DNA of 64,000 bases, from the NCBI GenBank assembly GCA_963794325.1, contig CAWCDG010000005.1, forward strand, positions 352,001 to 416,000, in the 5' to 3' direction. The position numbers and the translations under genes are program-made. How positions within the stretch are numbered: the first letter of the stretch is position 1; each line of letters opens with the position of its first letter. Below, one piece after another: positions 17,549 through 26,699 of the stretch. Origin of the DNA: an uncultured delta proteobacterium. GTDB taxonomy: Bacteria; Desulfobacterota; Binatia; Binatales; Binataceae. Below the pieces are notes generated by a model. That model ran no database searches. It saw only the letters and a program-made list of their open reading frames with translations, and was not told the origin of the DNA.

Positions 17549-20096
17549 TCAGAATCCTTTTCGAGTCATGCGGATACCTATCGATTTCATGAATGCGGTC
17601 GGCAACTCCGCATTTAGCATCGCGAACACGAAGTCGTTCTCGATTTCAATCGGCTCGGTCAGCCTTACGACGCTCGGATTGGCTTCTTGGCGCTCCGCGG
17701 AGGGTGTCTGAGGCGCTCGCTCTTCGGTCTTGCGGCTTCTGAACGATGTTGTCAGCCACGCGAATAAACCACGCCGCGGCGGTTGTTGAGCAGACTGGTC
17801 TGTCGTTTCCTGCACCTGCTGGCGCGATGATTCCGCCATTGGAGCAAGGACGACTTTGCCAGGTTTGATCTCGGTCACTTGACTCCACGGATACACAGTA
17901 ATCTGCGCTCTCTGCTGCAGGTCGCTGATTTTTACGGCGTTCTCAGGCGAGACCCGCGAACTGAGTGCCGCGTCGCGGAAGGAGTAGGAGACGGTATTGC
18001 GCAGCGCAGGATCCGCGAGCATCTGTGTCACCTCGGCGCCGGAGTTTCCCCCTCCAACGACCAGGACCCGCTTGTCCTTGAACTCCTCGGGCTCGATCAG
18101 GCCGTAGAAAACGCGATCGGCCGTTTCGCCATCAACATTCAGCTTGCGTGGAGTGCCACGCACGCCGATTGCCAGGACTACATAGCGCGCTTTGAAGCTT
18201 TTGCCGGGACGCGTTGCGATTTCAAACAATTCGTCGGCCCGACTTATGGAAATGACCTCCTCGCGCTCATTGATCTGGAGCTGCATCGTACGCAGCATCT
18301 CTTCCCATTTTTCGACCAGCTCTTCCTTGGTGCGATCGCCCTCCAAATAGAAGGAGCCGTATTCATCCAGCTCGATTGGACTTGCCTGAACAAACTTGCC
18401 GCGCGGAAAGGTGCGGATCGTGCTTGCCGCAGTATCTTTCTCCAGCGCCAGGTAGTTCAGCCCATTTGACTTGGCCGACCATGCCGCGCCGATTCCCGTC
18501 GGACCGCATCCAACTATCGCGACGTCGTAAACCTCGGGCTCGACCGCTCGCTTCTCATGTCGAATCGCATTGGCAATAGCCACAACCACCTGGCGGCCCG
18601 AACGCATCACAAGATTGATCGAGGACGTTCGTCCGCTAGCTTCGCCGGCGACATAGACGCGTGGGACGTTGCTCTCATAAGTGTCGTCGAGCACGGGAAT
18701 CTCCGGCGTTCGCTGTGGACCGGAGTCCGAAACCAGCCGGCGACGTGATTCCGGCGGCAGATAGCGGAGGTAGCCAACTCCGATCAAGGTCATAGTCACC
18801 AGTGCGAGGATCGCGAGCCACCACGGACGCAACGTGACCCTTCGAAGCGCGATGCTCGGAGATCCATTGTGCAAGCCGTGCAACGAAATCGTGTAGGCCG
18901 CAAGCCGCAACTCCGGCGGTTGATGGGGCCGGGTCGTAGGCGCCTTGGACGGGAAATCCTTGATCAGTTTGCCGCCGCGATAGTAGGTGTGGAACGCGTG
19001 GCAATCAGCACAGGCATTAAGCGTCTTCTCCCATGGATAACTCCAGTACCTCGAGCTGACCAGCTTCAGCTCGACTCGAGCTCAGGATGCCAAGGGGGTC
19101 TGTCCATGACGCTACTTGCCCCGAGGGTGTTCCTGCCTCGTGCGCGTGACAACTGAAGCATTTCCCGATCTCTCTGGTGCTCGAATCCCGCGGCTTCTCA
19201 CTCTCCTCGATATGCAGATGACACTCGGCACACTCCGCCTTTAGATGACCCGCGGAATGAGGTGTGAAAGTCGCGTTGATAGGACGGAACACTGCTGACT
19301 CAACAAACGGGATTGTCGGAGGCTCGGGCGTAGCGCTGCCGGCGGCGCTCGCGAGCTTCAAGTCTTCGTCCTGCCAACTCGAATGGCAGGTGCTTGCGGT
19401 GCATCCGGTGGTTACTATCGCAAATTCTTCGGGCTTTTCGCGTGACGGAGCGCTCACCAGATGACACGACCGGCAAGCGAGATGCTGTTCCGTGTGATCG
19501 AGCCCGCCGGCCAGCTCCGCAGCGGCCTTCTCGGCAGCTTGCTTGCGCGACGCTGATCGCATCCTTTGCGCGTCGGTTCTCGCTTCCCGCAAGTGTTTGA
19601 GAGTGTCTTCGAGATGCTGCTTATGGTTGAAGTCCTTGGCAAAGTTTTGGATCGACTTCCATTGAACATGCAGGCTGTGACCGTGTGCGCCGACCCCAGC
19701 TATCGAGTCATGCGCATGACACGCGCTGCAACTAGTTCCCGAAGTGGCGACAAAATCGACCTTGCGGCCCTTGTGATCCGTATGGCAAGAAAGACATGCC
19801 AGTTGATCGTTGAAACCAGCCAGATGCTTTCCGGGGTCCAGCCCAACGTCCTTGTCGTCGAGATTGACGTTCAAGTGGTCGGAGTTATGAATAATGTTAC
19901 CGTGACAATCGACACATCCGGTGCTGGCTAACGCGACGCCGCTCCACGGCTGGTGGCATACGGCGCAGTTTCCACCGAAGGGCTCGTGACCTTCAAGGAC
20001 AGGGCCCGGCGAATAACTTCGATGGAATGAGAGCAGGATGGCCAGCACCGCCAGTGTGACTATGCCGGCGACTGTCAGTTGGCTACGGCGCTTCAT
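17549..20096 (-). CDS. Multiheme cytochrome c fused through a TM helix to an FAD/NAD(P)H oxidoreductase (TrxR/YpdA-like); +1 frameshift at about 19031
   Basis: ATG 20096 overlaps the upstream stop (ATGA); 7 CxxCH + 1 CX4CH before the shift; the +1 frame continues EKTLNACADCHAFH...ELRLAAYT into ORF 17549..18910 with GCGPTG, GVRGTPRKL and GGGNSG. Confidence 0.8.
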
Positions 20097-21028
20097 ATTC
20101 CGCCGAAGTAAAGAACCCCTACCACGTGAAATATCAGAAGTGCGAATGTCAGCACCGATAAGACTATGTGAAGATCCAGCCACCCAGTGCTGAGATGAAT
20201 ATTGAAAGAGTTATGATCGAGATTTACCTTGCGAGCCGCGAGGGCTAGAAGCTCGCGATAGGTCTTCTCATCGCCGGATTCTGCAATCCTTGCGGCCGCC
20301 GCCGCGCAGACTTGCTGACCGGGATCGATACCCTTTATCGTCGCCATCAAGAGAGTCCATCTCGACGCGGATCTATCGCTGAGAAGTATAGGCTTGATGT
20401 GGTCGATGTATGCCTTGGTTAGCTGCTCGCTATGCCCGAGAATTTTCTCCTCTGCCTCGCGATAGACCGCGCTGACCTTGGAATCGACATCCTCGAGCCG
20501 CACCTGGTGCTCGGCGAGCCGCGTCATCGCGTGCGGAAGTTTGTCCTGCAGTATCGCGCCGAAGATTCCGCTGATGAATAGCAACAGCACGAGTGTTGCG
20601 AGCGCAGCCTCCAAAGGACTCATCGCGGTCGTGGTGATGTGCCACGACAAGGGCAGCAACGCGAGCATCCCGAGCGTGAGATGAAACGCGCGCCATGTTT
20701 CGAGCCGATCTAGCTGGACCAGCCGATGTTGAATTGAGGCTGGAAAGATCTTCCCAGTGAATTGCAGCACGCGGATCGAGAACCAGATGTTGCGCTTGCG
20801 GACGCTGTACCATGCGATCGCGATAAAGCTTGCCAGCGCGATAGAGCCCGACCAGTATTCTCCAATCTCACGCCCGAAGGTTGAAGTCGCCGCGTTCAGG
20901 CCTGCCACCGCGATCAGACAAATGGTCAGCCAGAGCCAGATGCGGATCGGGATCGCGCGACCTCGGCGATCGCGAATATTCAAGGTTGGTCGGTTTGCGG
21001 CGGCGGCTCGAGCCTCTCGAGTAGCCAT
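20093..21028 (-). CDS. Integral membrane protein with four TM His (cytochrome b/ferric-reductase-TM-like)
   Basis: WYSVRKR, WRAFHLTLG..LSWH, WLDLHIVLS..LLIFHVV; 5-6 TM helices. Confidence 0.7.
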   Translation of the reverse strand: MATREARAAAANRPTLNIRDRRGRAIPIRIWLWLTICLIAVAGLNAATSTFGREIGEYWSGSIALASFIAIAWYSVRKRNIWFSIRVLQFTGKIFPASIQHRLVQLDRLETWRAFHLTLGMLALLPLSWHITTTAMSPLEAALATLVLLLFISGIFGAILQDKLPHAMTRLAEHQVRLEDVDSKVSAVYREAEEKILGHSEQLTKAYIDHIKPILLSDRSASRWTLLMATIKGIDPGQQVCAAAAARIAESGDEKTYRELLALAARKVNLDHNSFNIHLSTGWLDLHIVLSVLTFALLIFHVVGVLYFGGI

Positions 21029-21031
21029 CGG

Positions 21032-22706
21032 CTAGTCGTTCGAGCCCATGGCTTTTCTGACGCGATCGGGCCCGGCGATTACCACGCCGGTCGCGGTCGG
21101 GAAGAGATCGGAAGGCTTGATTCTCATCGCGGAGCCCGTCGGGCACGCATGAACACATCCCATGAACGGAAGCCCGTCGCACAGATCGCACTTTATGGGA
21201 TAGGCAGCCGGGATGTGGGCCGCGCTCTTTGACAAAGACTCGGTGCTCGATTCGGACTGCTCTTTGGATGCCTGATTGCGGCCAAGAATCCGTTGCCAGA
21301 GGCTGCGCTCGATCCGCTCGTGATCGCCGCGCTCGTGACTCGCAAAGATCCTGCTCCATAGGCCTTGTTCGACCGCGTGTGAAGGAACCGGATAAGGCCG
21401 GAAGAATTCTTTGCCGAGAGTCTCGGCTTTTCGATCCTGCGCCGCATCGAACTTACCGGTCTCGATCATCGCGATGTTGTCGTAGGGGCAGGCGATCGCG
21501 CAATTGCCGCATCCGATGCACATGTCGTATTGAAAGTAGATCTCGCCTTCCGGCCTTCGCTTGACCGCGCCGGTCGGGCAACTGTTCATGCATTTGGGAT
21601 CGTCGCAATGGCGGCACGCGGCCGGTATCAGGTATTTGCCCAGCTGGATCCCGGTCCTAATCAGGCGGCTGGTGCCATGAAGCGACTCGCACGCGGTTAC
21701 GCAATTATCGCACTTGACGCATAGGTCCAGATCCATCACCAGCAGCGCATCGGCCTGAATGACGCCAAACTGTCCGCTGTCTTTCAGAATCTCCGATAGC
21801 TCCGGCGTCAACTGTTCCTCAGCCGCGAGGCGGCGTTCTATGGTCGAACGCACTTGCGCTTCGGCCGAAGGAAATTGCTTGATGAGAGCCGCGACGTCCT
21901 CGCCGAGAATCTTGATCACCTCGCACTTACCCGCCGTTAAGACGCTCGCATTGCGAACGCCGCCACCGCCGATCAGCGACATCTCGCCGAAATACTCGCC
22001 GGCCCGCCGATATGCGAGCACCCGTTGAGTGCCATCTTTGGCTTGGCGGACAACTTGGACGTAGCCGTCGCGGACGATGTACAGACTGTCGCCGACCTCA
22101 CCCTGCTTGACCAGCACGATTCCGCGTTGGTCGTAGCGTTTGATCTCGCAATCCGCGAGCAGGCGATCGATGAACTCGTCCTTAACGCCCTTGAAGAGCT
22201 CGAGTTCATTGACCATCACGCGAATTGCGCGTTCGCGAAATCGGGCGGAGAGCAAGGCGCGTGCCTCGTCATTCGTTTCGACAAATTTGAGGCAATGCCG
22301 CGGGAATGTAGAAGATCTCGGCACCGTCCTGCGCAGCGACTATATCCAGCGTGCGTGGAAGTCCGCCCAACGCGCCCATTTCGCCGTAGAACTCGCCGGC
22401 GACACGCGCGGCAACCTTGGTCCTGACCGCGCCATCGATTTCGAAGAGGTCCACGCCGCCCTTCAGAATGAAGCAGAGATCGAGCTCATATTCGCCCTTA
22501 CTGCAGATGAGCTCGCCCCGGCGAAAATTCGCGAGGCGCATCGCAGCCTCGGAATCAAAGCCTTTCAGGAATGCGTCGCGCTGTTCGTCAGAAAAATGTT
22601 TGAAGAGATCGAATCCGGAAAGCTCGGACCACAATTCGTTCCCGGGCCTTCTAATCGGTACTCCAGCAAAACTCACAGGGCCACCGGCTACCGTGCCGCT
22701 GCTCAT
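21032..22706 (-). CDS. Two cNMP-binding domains plus a 4x[4Fe-4S] DmsB/NrfC-like domain; +1 frameshift at about 22303
   Basis: GEFYGEMGALGGLPRT and GEYFGEMSLIGGGGVRNA; CVKCDNCVTAC, CRHCDDPKCMNSCP, CIGCGNCAIACP, KCDLC..CVHACP; the join reads AEIFYIPRHCLKF. Confidence 0.85.
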
Positions 22707-22741
22707 CTGTCAATAGCGGCCGACTGAACCGCATTTCGCTT

Positions 22742-23464
22742 TTAGAATCTTTCCTTGAAGGGACGGACTTCGAGCTCCATCGTCCATGCGCTCGGATCCT
22801 GATGCGCGAGATGCCAGTAGGTCTCTGCGATCGCCTCGGGCTTGAGAAAGTCGCCGTCTTTCAGGCTCGGCTTTAGTCCCCGCGCGCCAGGGATGTCGAT
22901 GCTGCCGTCCACGTTGATCCACACCACGTGGATGCCTTTCGGACCAAGGTCGCGAGCGAGTGATTGCGCCAGCCCGCGCATCGCGAACTTCGCGGGTCCA
23001 AACGAGACCGACTTCGCCCCAGCCTTCACGCCGGCGGTCGCCCCGGTGAAGAGCATCGTGCCATGCCCGCGCGCGATCATGCCGGGCGCGACTTCCTTGG
23101 CTGCGACGAACGCCCCGAGCGCATTCACCCGCCAGTCCGCTTCGTACTGCTCGGGCGTGATCTCTGTGATACTTCCGAATGCGCCGGTGCCCGCGTTATA
23201 GAGGAGCACCTCGGGCTCGCCGAGTTCTTTCCGAATGACGCGAAACGCATCGGCTATCTGCGCGGGATCGCTGACATCGCAACTGACGTCCAACACCGTC
23301 GCGCCGCTCTTCCGGACCTCGCCAGCGAGTGCTTTCAAATACTCCGCTTTGCGCGCGAGCATGGCGACCGCGTAGTTCGTAGCGAAGCGACGGGCGAGTG
23401 CGGCGCCAAGTCCCGGACCGACTCCGATAACGACCGCAACAGGTTGGTTAGACAGGGTACCCAT
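22742..23464 (-). CDS. Short-chain dehydrogenase/reductase (atypical)
   Basis: GVGPGLG, LYNAG, FTGATAG, FGPAKFAMRGLAQSLARDLGPKGIHV. Confidence 0.88.
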   Translation of the reverse strand: MGTLSNQPVAVVIGVGPGLGAALARRFATNYAVAMLARKAEYLKALAGEVRKSGATVLDVSCDVSDPAQIADAFRVIRKELGEPEVLLYNAGTGAFGSITEITPEQYEADWRVNALGAFVAAKEVAPGMIARGHGTMLFTGATAGVKAGAKSVSFGPAKFAMRGLAQSLARDLGPKGIHVVWINVDGSIDIPGARGLKPSLKDGDFLKPEAIAETYWHLAHQDPSAWTMELEVRPFKERF

Positions 23465-23540
23465 AACTGGTGCTCCTTTGTGCGTGACGCGCTAGCGACT
23501 GCTCGCCAAGTGCATTCTCGCATGACACTCCAGTGATTGC

Positions 23541-24398
23541 CTATTTGTCTGCGGCGACATCGGAGCCGCTCCGGTCACTGGGTGCAGGGGTCACCCCTGC
23601 CGCCAGGATCGCGAGCGCGGTCTTGTGCAGCTCGCGATCGCCGGCGGCGATGATTTGTCCACCGTCGTACGGCGAGCCGCCCGACCAGTTCGTCACGACT
23701 CCACCCGCAGCCTCGATGATCGGGATGAGCGGCTGGATATCGTAAGGCTGCAAGCCCGATTCGATAACCAGGTCGATGAAGCCCGCGGCGACGAGGCAGA
23801 ACGAATAGCAATCGCCGCCGTAACGCCTCATGCGCGCCTTCGACGCCACCGCTCGAAACGCATCGCGCTCGCCCGGTCCCGTGAACATCGCAGGATCGGT
23901 TGCGCTGACGATCGCGTCGTCGAGCCGCCGGCATTCCCGCACGTTAAGCTTGTCGCTGGAACCGCCGCGCCTCAGTTCGGCCCCCATGCGCGAACCAACG
24001 AACGTCTCACCCGTGTACGGCTGATGCATCACGCCAATCACCGGCCGCACACCGTCGTTGAGTGCGATCAAAACTCCCCAATGCAGTTGTCCGATAATGA
24101 ACGCTCGCGTGCCGTCGATCGGATCGATGATCCAGGTGAGCGGGTCGGTGCCGGCTGCGAAGCCATGCTCCTCGCCGAGGATGTTGTGGCCGGGATAGAC
24201 GCGCTGAATCTCGTCGCGAATCGCCTGCTCCGCCGCACGATCGGCGAGCGTCACCGGATCGTAGCCGGCCCCGGCGATCTTGTTCTCGACCTCGAGGCGC
24301 GCGCGAAAGTGCGGCAGGATCGTGCGTCCCGCGAGGTCCGCGAGATGGCACGCGAATGCGGTGTACTCCGAGATCGCGCGATCGTCCATCGTCGTCAT
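23541..24398 (-). CDS. hisN: Histidinol-phosphate phosphatase, inositol monophosphatase family
   Basis: DPVTLADRAAE, GEEHG, WIIDPIDGTRAF, YGGDCY, LQPYDI. Confidence 0.82.
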   Translation of the reverse strand: MTTMDDRAISEYTAFACHLADLAGRTILPHFRARLEVENKIAGAGYDPVTLADRAAEQAIRDEIQRVYPGHNILGEEHGFAAGTDPLTWIIDPIDGTRAFIIGQLHWGVLIALNDGVRPVIGVMHQPYTGETFVGSRMGAELRRGGSSDKLNVRECRRLDDAIVSATDPAMFTGPGERDAFRAVASKARMRRYGGDCYSFCLVAAGFIDLVIESGLQPYDIQPLIPIIEAAGGVVTNWSGGSPYDGGQIIAAGDRELHKTALAILAAGVTPAPSDRSGSDVAADK

Positions 24399-24499
24399 AG
24401 TTGGCAATCGAGGAAGTTTTTGCAATGCATGGAAGGCGATAATGTTGAAGGGCGGCGCAATAGTTGGACGGCCCAAGTTTGCGAGTTGACAAAATCCTT

Positions 24500-25162
24500 G
24501 TGAATACCGAACGAATCAGAATCGAAAGGGACCGCGCGGCTTTACTGATAGTCGACATGCAACCGGATTTCCTTCCGGGCGGCACATTGCCCGTCCCCGG
24601 AGCGGACGCGATTGTGTCCCCTATGCGCAAACTAATGAACTCCGGGTGCTTCGACTTGATCGTCGCATCGCAGGACTGGCACCCGCGCGACCACGTTTCG
24701 TTTGCCAGCAACCATCCTGGTCGAAAGCCGATGGACACGATCGAGCTCTACGGCCATCCGCAAACCCTCTGGCCCGACCACTGTATCCAGGGCACACCGG
24801 GTGCCGCGATGCATCCGGAGCTGCCTTGGGAGAGAGTCGCCGCAATCATCAGAAAGGCCACCGATCGACAAACTGATTCTTACAGTGCGCTTCGCAACAA
24901 CTGGAATCCGCAAGGCAATCGGCCGCCGACCGGACTGACCGGTTATCTTAAGAATCGAGGCATCGAAGATCTCTTCCTATGCGGTGTCGCCGGCGACTTC
25001 TGCGTCAAATGGACTGCCGAGGACGCCCTCGATGAAGGCCTCCGCGTGCACGTAATTTGGGACCTATGTCGATCTATCGATCCTTCATCTGACGAGCTAG
25101 TCGCTCGCGCGCTCCACTCGCGCGGCGCCGATATCATCTCCGTCCTGAACCTGCCGCTGTAG
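24500..25162 (+). CDS. pncA: Nicotinamidase/pyrazinamidase
   Basis: VDMQPDFLPGG, QDWHPRDH, LWPDHCIQGT, DSYSA, GVAGDFCVKWT. Confidence 0.93.
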   Translation: MNTERIRIERDRAALLIVDMQPDFLPGGTLPVPGADAIVSPMRKLMNSGCFDLIVASQDWHPRDHVSFASNHPGRKPMDTIELYGHPQTLWPDHCIQGTPGAAMHPELPWERVAAIIRKATDRQTDSYSALRNNWNPQGNRPPTGLTGYLKNRGIEDLFLCGVAGDFCVKWTAEDALDEGLRVHVIWDLCRSIDPSSDELVARALHSRGADIISVLNLPL

Positions 25163-25205
25163 GCTCGACGGCAAGCGTTCCCGCAAGTGTGCCGCATAGC
25201 CGCGG

Positions 25206-26633
25206 TTACGGGACTTCGGTGCTCGCGTCCAGCCACGCGAGCATCAGCTCATTCACCATCGACGGATCGAGCGAGGCCGCGCCGCCGCCGTACACCGCGC
25301 CGCTGCGCGCGGGCGTCGCCGGCGGATTCTTCGCGTATTCGACGCCGGCCGCGATGTCCCTGACGAAGCGCGTCGCAACTCCCGGCAGCGTCTGCGGCAA
25401 TGTGACGCACAGATGAAAGCCCGCGGGCTTCTGAAGCCCGTTGAGACGCCATCCGCGCTCCGCGAGAAAATCGTTCACGTGGTAGATATCCACCTGGTCG
25501 GACGTGAACGCGATGCAGTAGGTCGGCTTGCCGATAATCTTGAGCTCAGGGATTTTTGCGACTCCTGTTTTGATCGTATCCGCTGCCTTCATGATGCGCC
25601 GCGTCGCCTTCAGGTAGCCCTCCTCGCCGAGCGTGACCATCGCGGCCCAGGTCGATGCGCTGATTCCCTCCGAGCGGCTGCCGGCAACCGTCGGCGACGC
25701 ATACAACCCGCCCTGCCAGTCGGTGATCGAAAAGTACATGCGCCGGCGCAACGCGCGATTTCGATAGAGCACGACTGACGCACCCTTCAGCCCATAGCCC
25801 CATTTGTGCGTGTCGCAGGACATCGAGGTGACGCCCGGCAAACGGAAGTCGAACACAGGAATGTCGTACCCGAGCTTCGCGATCCACGGCAGGATGAACC
25901 CGCCGAAGCAGCTATCGACATGCAGGCCGATGCCGGCTTCTAGCGCGAGGTTGGATAACTTCTCGATCGGATCGATCAACCCGTGCGGATAATTCGCCGC
26001 CGAGCCCGCGATCGCGATGGTGTTGGGACCGATTGCGCGCCGCATCGCGTCCACGTCGGCCAGGTAATCGGGGCCGACCGGTACGCGAATCAGCTTGATG
26101 CCGAAAAAGTGCGCGCCTTTTGAAAATGCCGGATGAATCGTGTCCGGCACCACCATCTCGGGCGCCGTGATTGCGCGCTCGGCCCGCGCTTTCTCCCGAT
26201 ACGCCAGCATAGGCAGGATGATGCTCTCGGTGCCGCCCGACGTGATCGCGCCGCACACGTCGGCCTGCGGATCTTTCTCGCGCGCCAGCTCTGCGCCGAG
26301 CATCCGCGCCGTCATCGCGATTACTTCGCCCTCGAACTTGGTGCCGCTCGGGCACATGTCGCGCTGCAGCAGGTTGACGTGCGAAAAGAGCGAGAACACG
26401 CGGTTGAGGTAAGCGTAGTGCTCCATCCCGCCGTGGTAGTAGGTGCCTGATATCTGGCCGGTCTGCCAGCGTGCGTTTTCCTCGCGCGCGATGCTGCGCA
26501 GCTCGCGCATGACGTCCTCGGGCTTGCGGCTCTTTGTGGGCAGCTCGCGATAGGTCTCGAAGGTTTCGCGATAGGGAAACATATCTCCGAAAGGCCCGGA
26601 GGGTTCTTGCTGCTTCTTCGCTGCTTTGGGCAT
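25206..26633 (-). CDS. Sphingosine-1-phosphate lyase-like PLP enzyme (group II decarboxylase fold)
   Basis: SGTYYHG, TSGGTESI, LHVDSCFGGF, DFRLPGVTSMSCDTHKWGY, DWQGGLYASPTVAGSRS, VYG near the C-terminus. Confidence 0.85.
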   Translation of the reverse strand: MPKAAKKQQEPSGPFGDMFPYRETFETYRELPTKSRKPEDVMRELRSIAREENARWQTGQISGTYYHGGMEHYAYLNRVFSLFSHVNLLQRDMCPSGTKFEGEVIAMTARMLGAELAREKDPQADVCGAITSGGTESIILPMLAYREKARAERAITAPEMVVPDTIHPAFSKGAHFFGIKLIRVPVGPDYLADVDAMRRAIGPNTIAIAGSAANYPHGLIDPIEKLSNLALEAGIGLHVDSCFGGFILPWIAKLGYDIPVFDFRLPGVTSMSCDTHKWGYGLKGASVVLYRNRALRRRMYFSITDWQGGLYASPTVAGSRSEGISASTWAAMVTLGEEGYLKATRRIMKAADTIKTGVAKIPELKIIGKPTYCIAFTSDQVDIYHVNDFLAERGWRLNGLQKPAGFHLCVTLPQTLPGVATRFVRDIAAGVEYAKNPPATPARSGAVYGGGAASLDPSMVNELMLAWLDASTEVP

Positions 26634-26699
26634 GGAACGACTCCTTGGAGATCTCTCGTCGATTTGAATACTAGTCCATCGACCCGTTCAATCCGACGC

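Noticed and set aside
2545-22304. Programmed ribosomal frameshifting or true pseudogenisation of four genes
   Set aside because: No slippery motifs, unrelated genes and no additional decay; sequencing indels are simpler (kept as a caveat finding)
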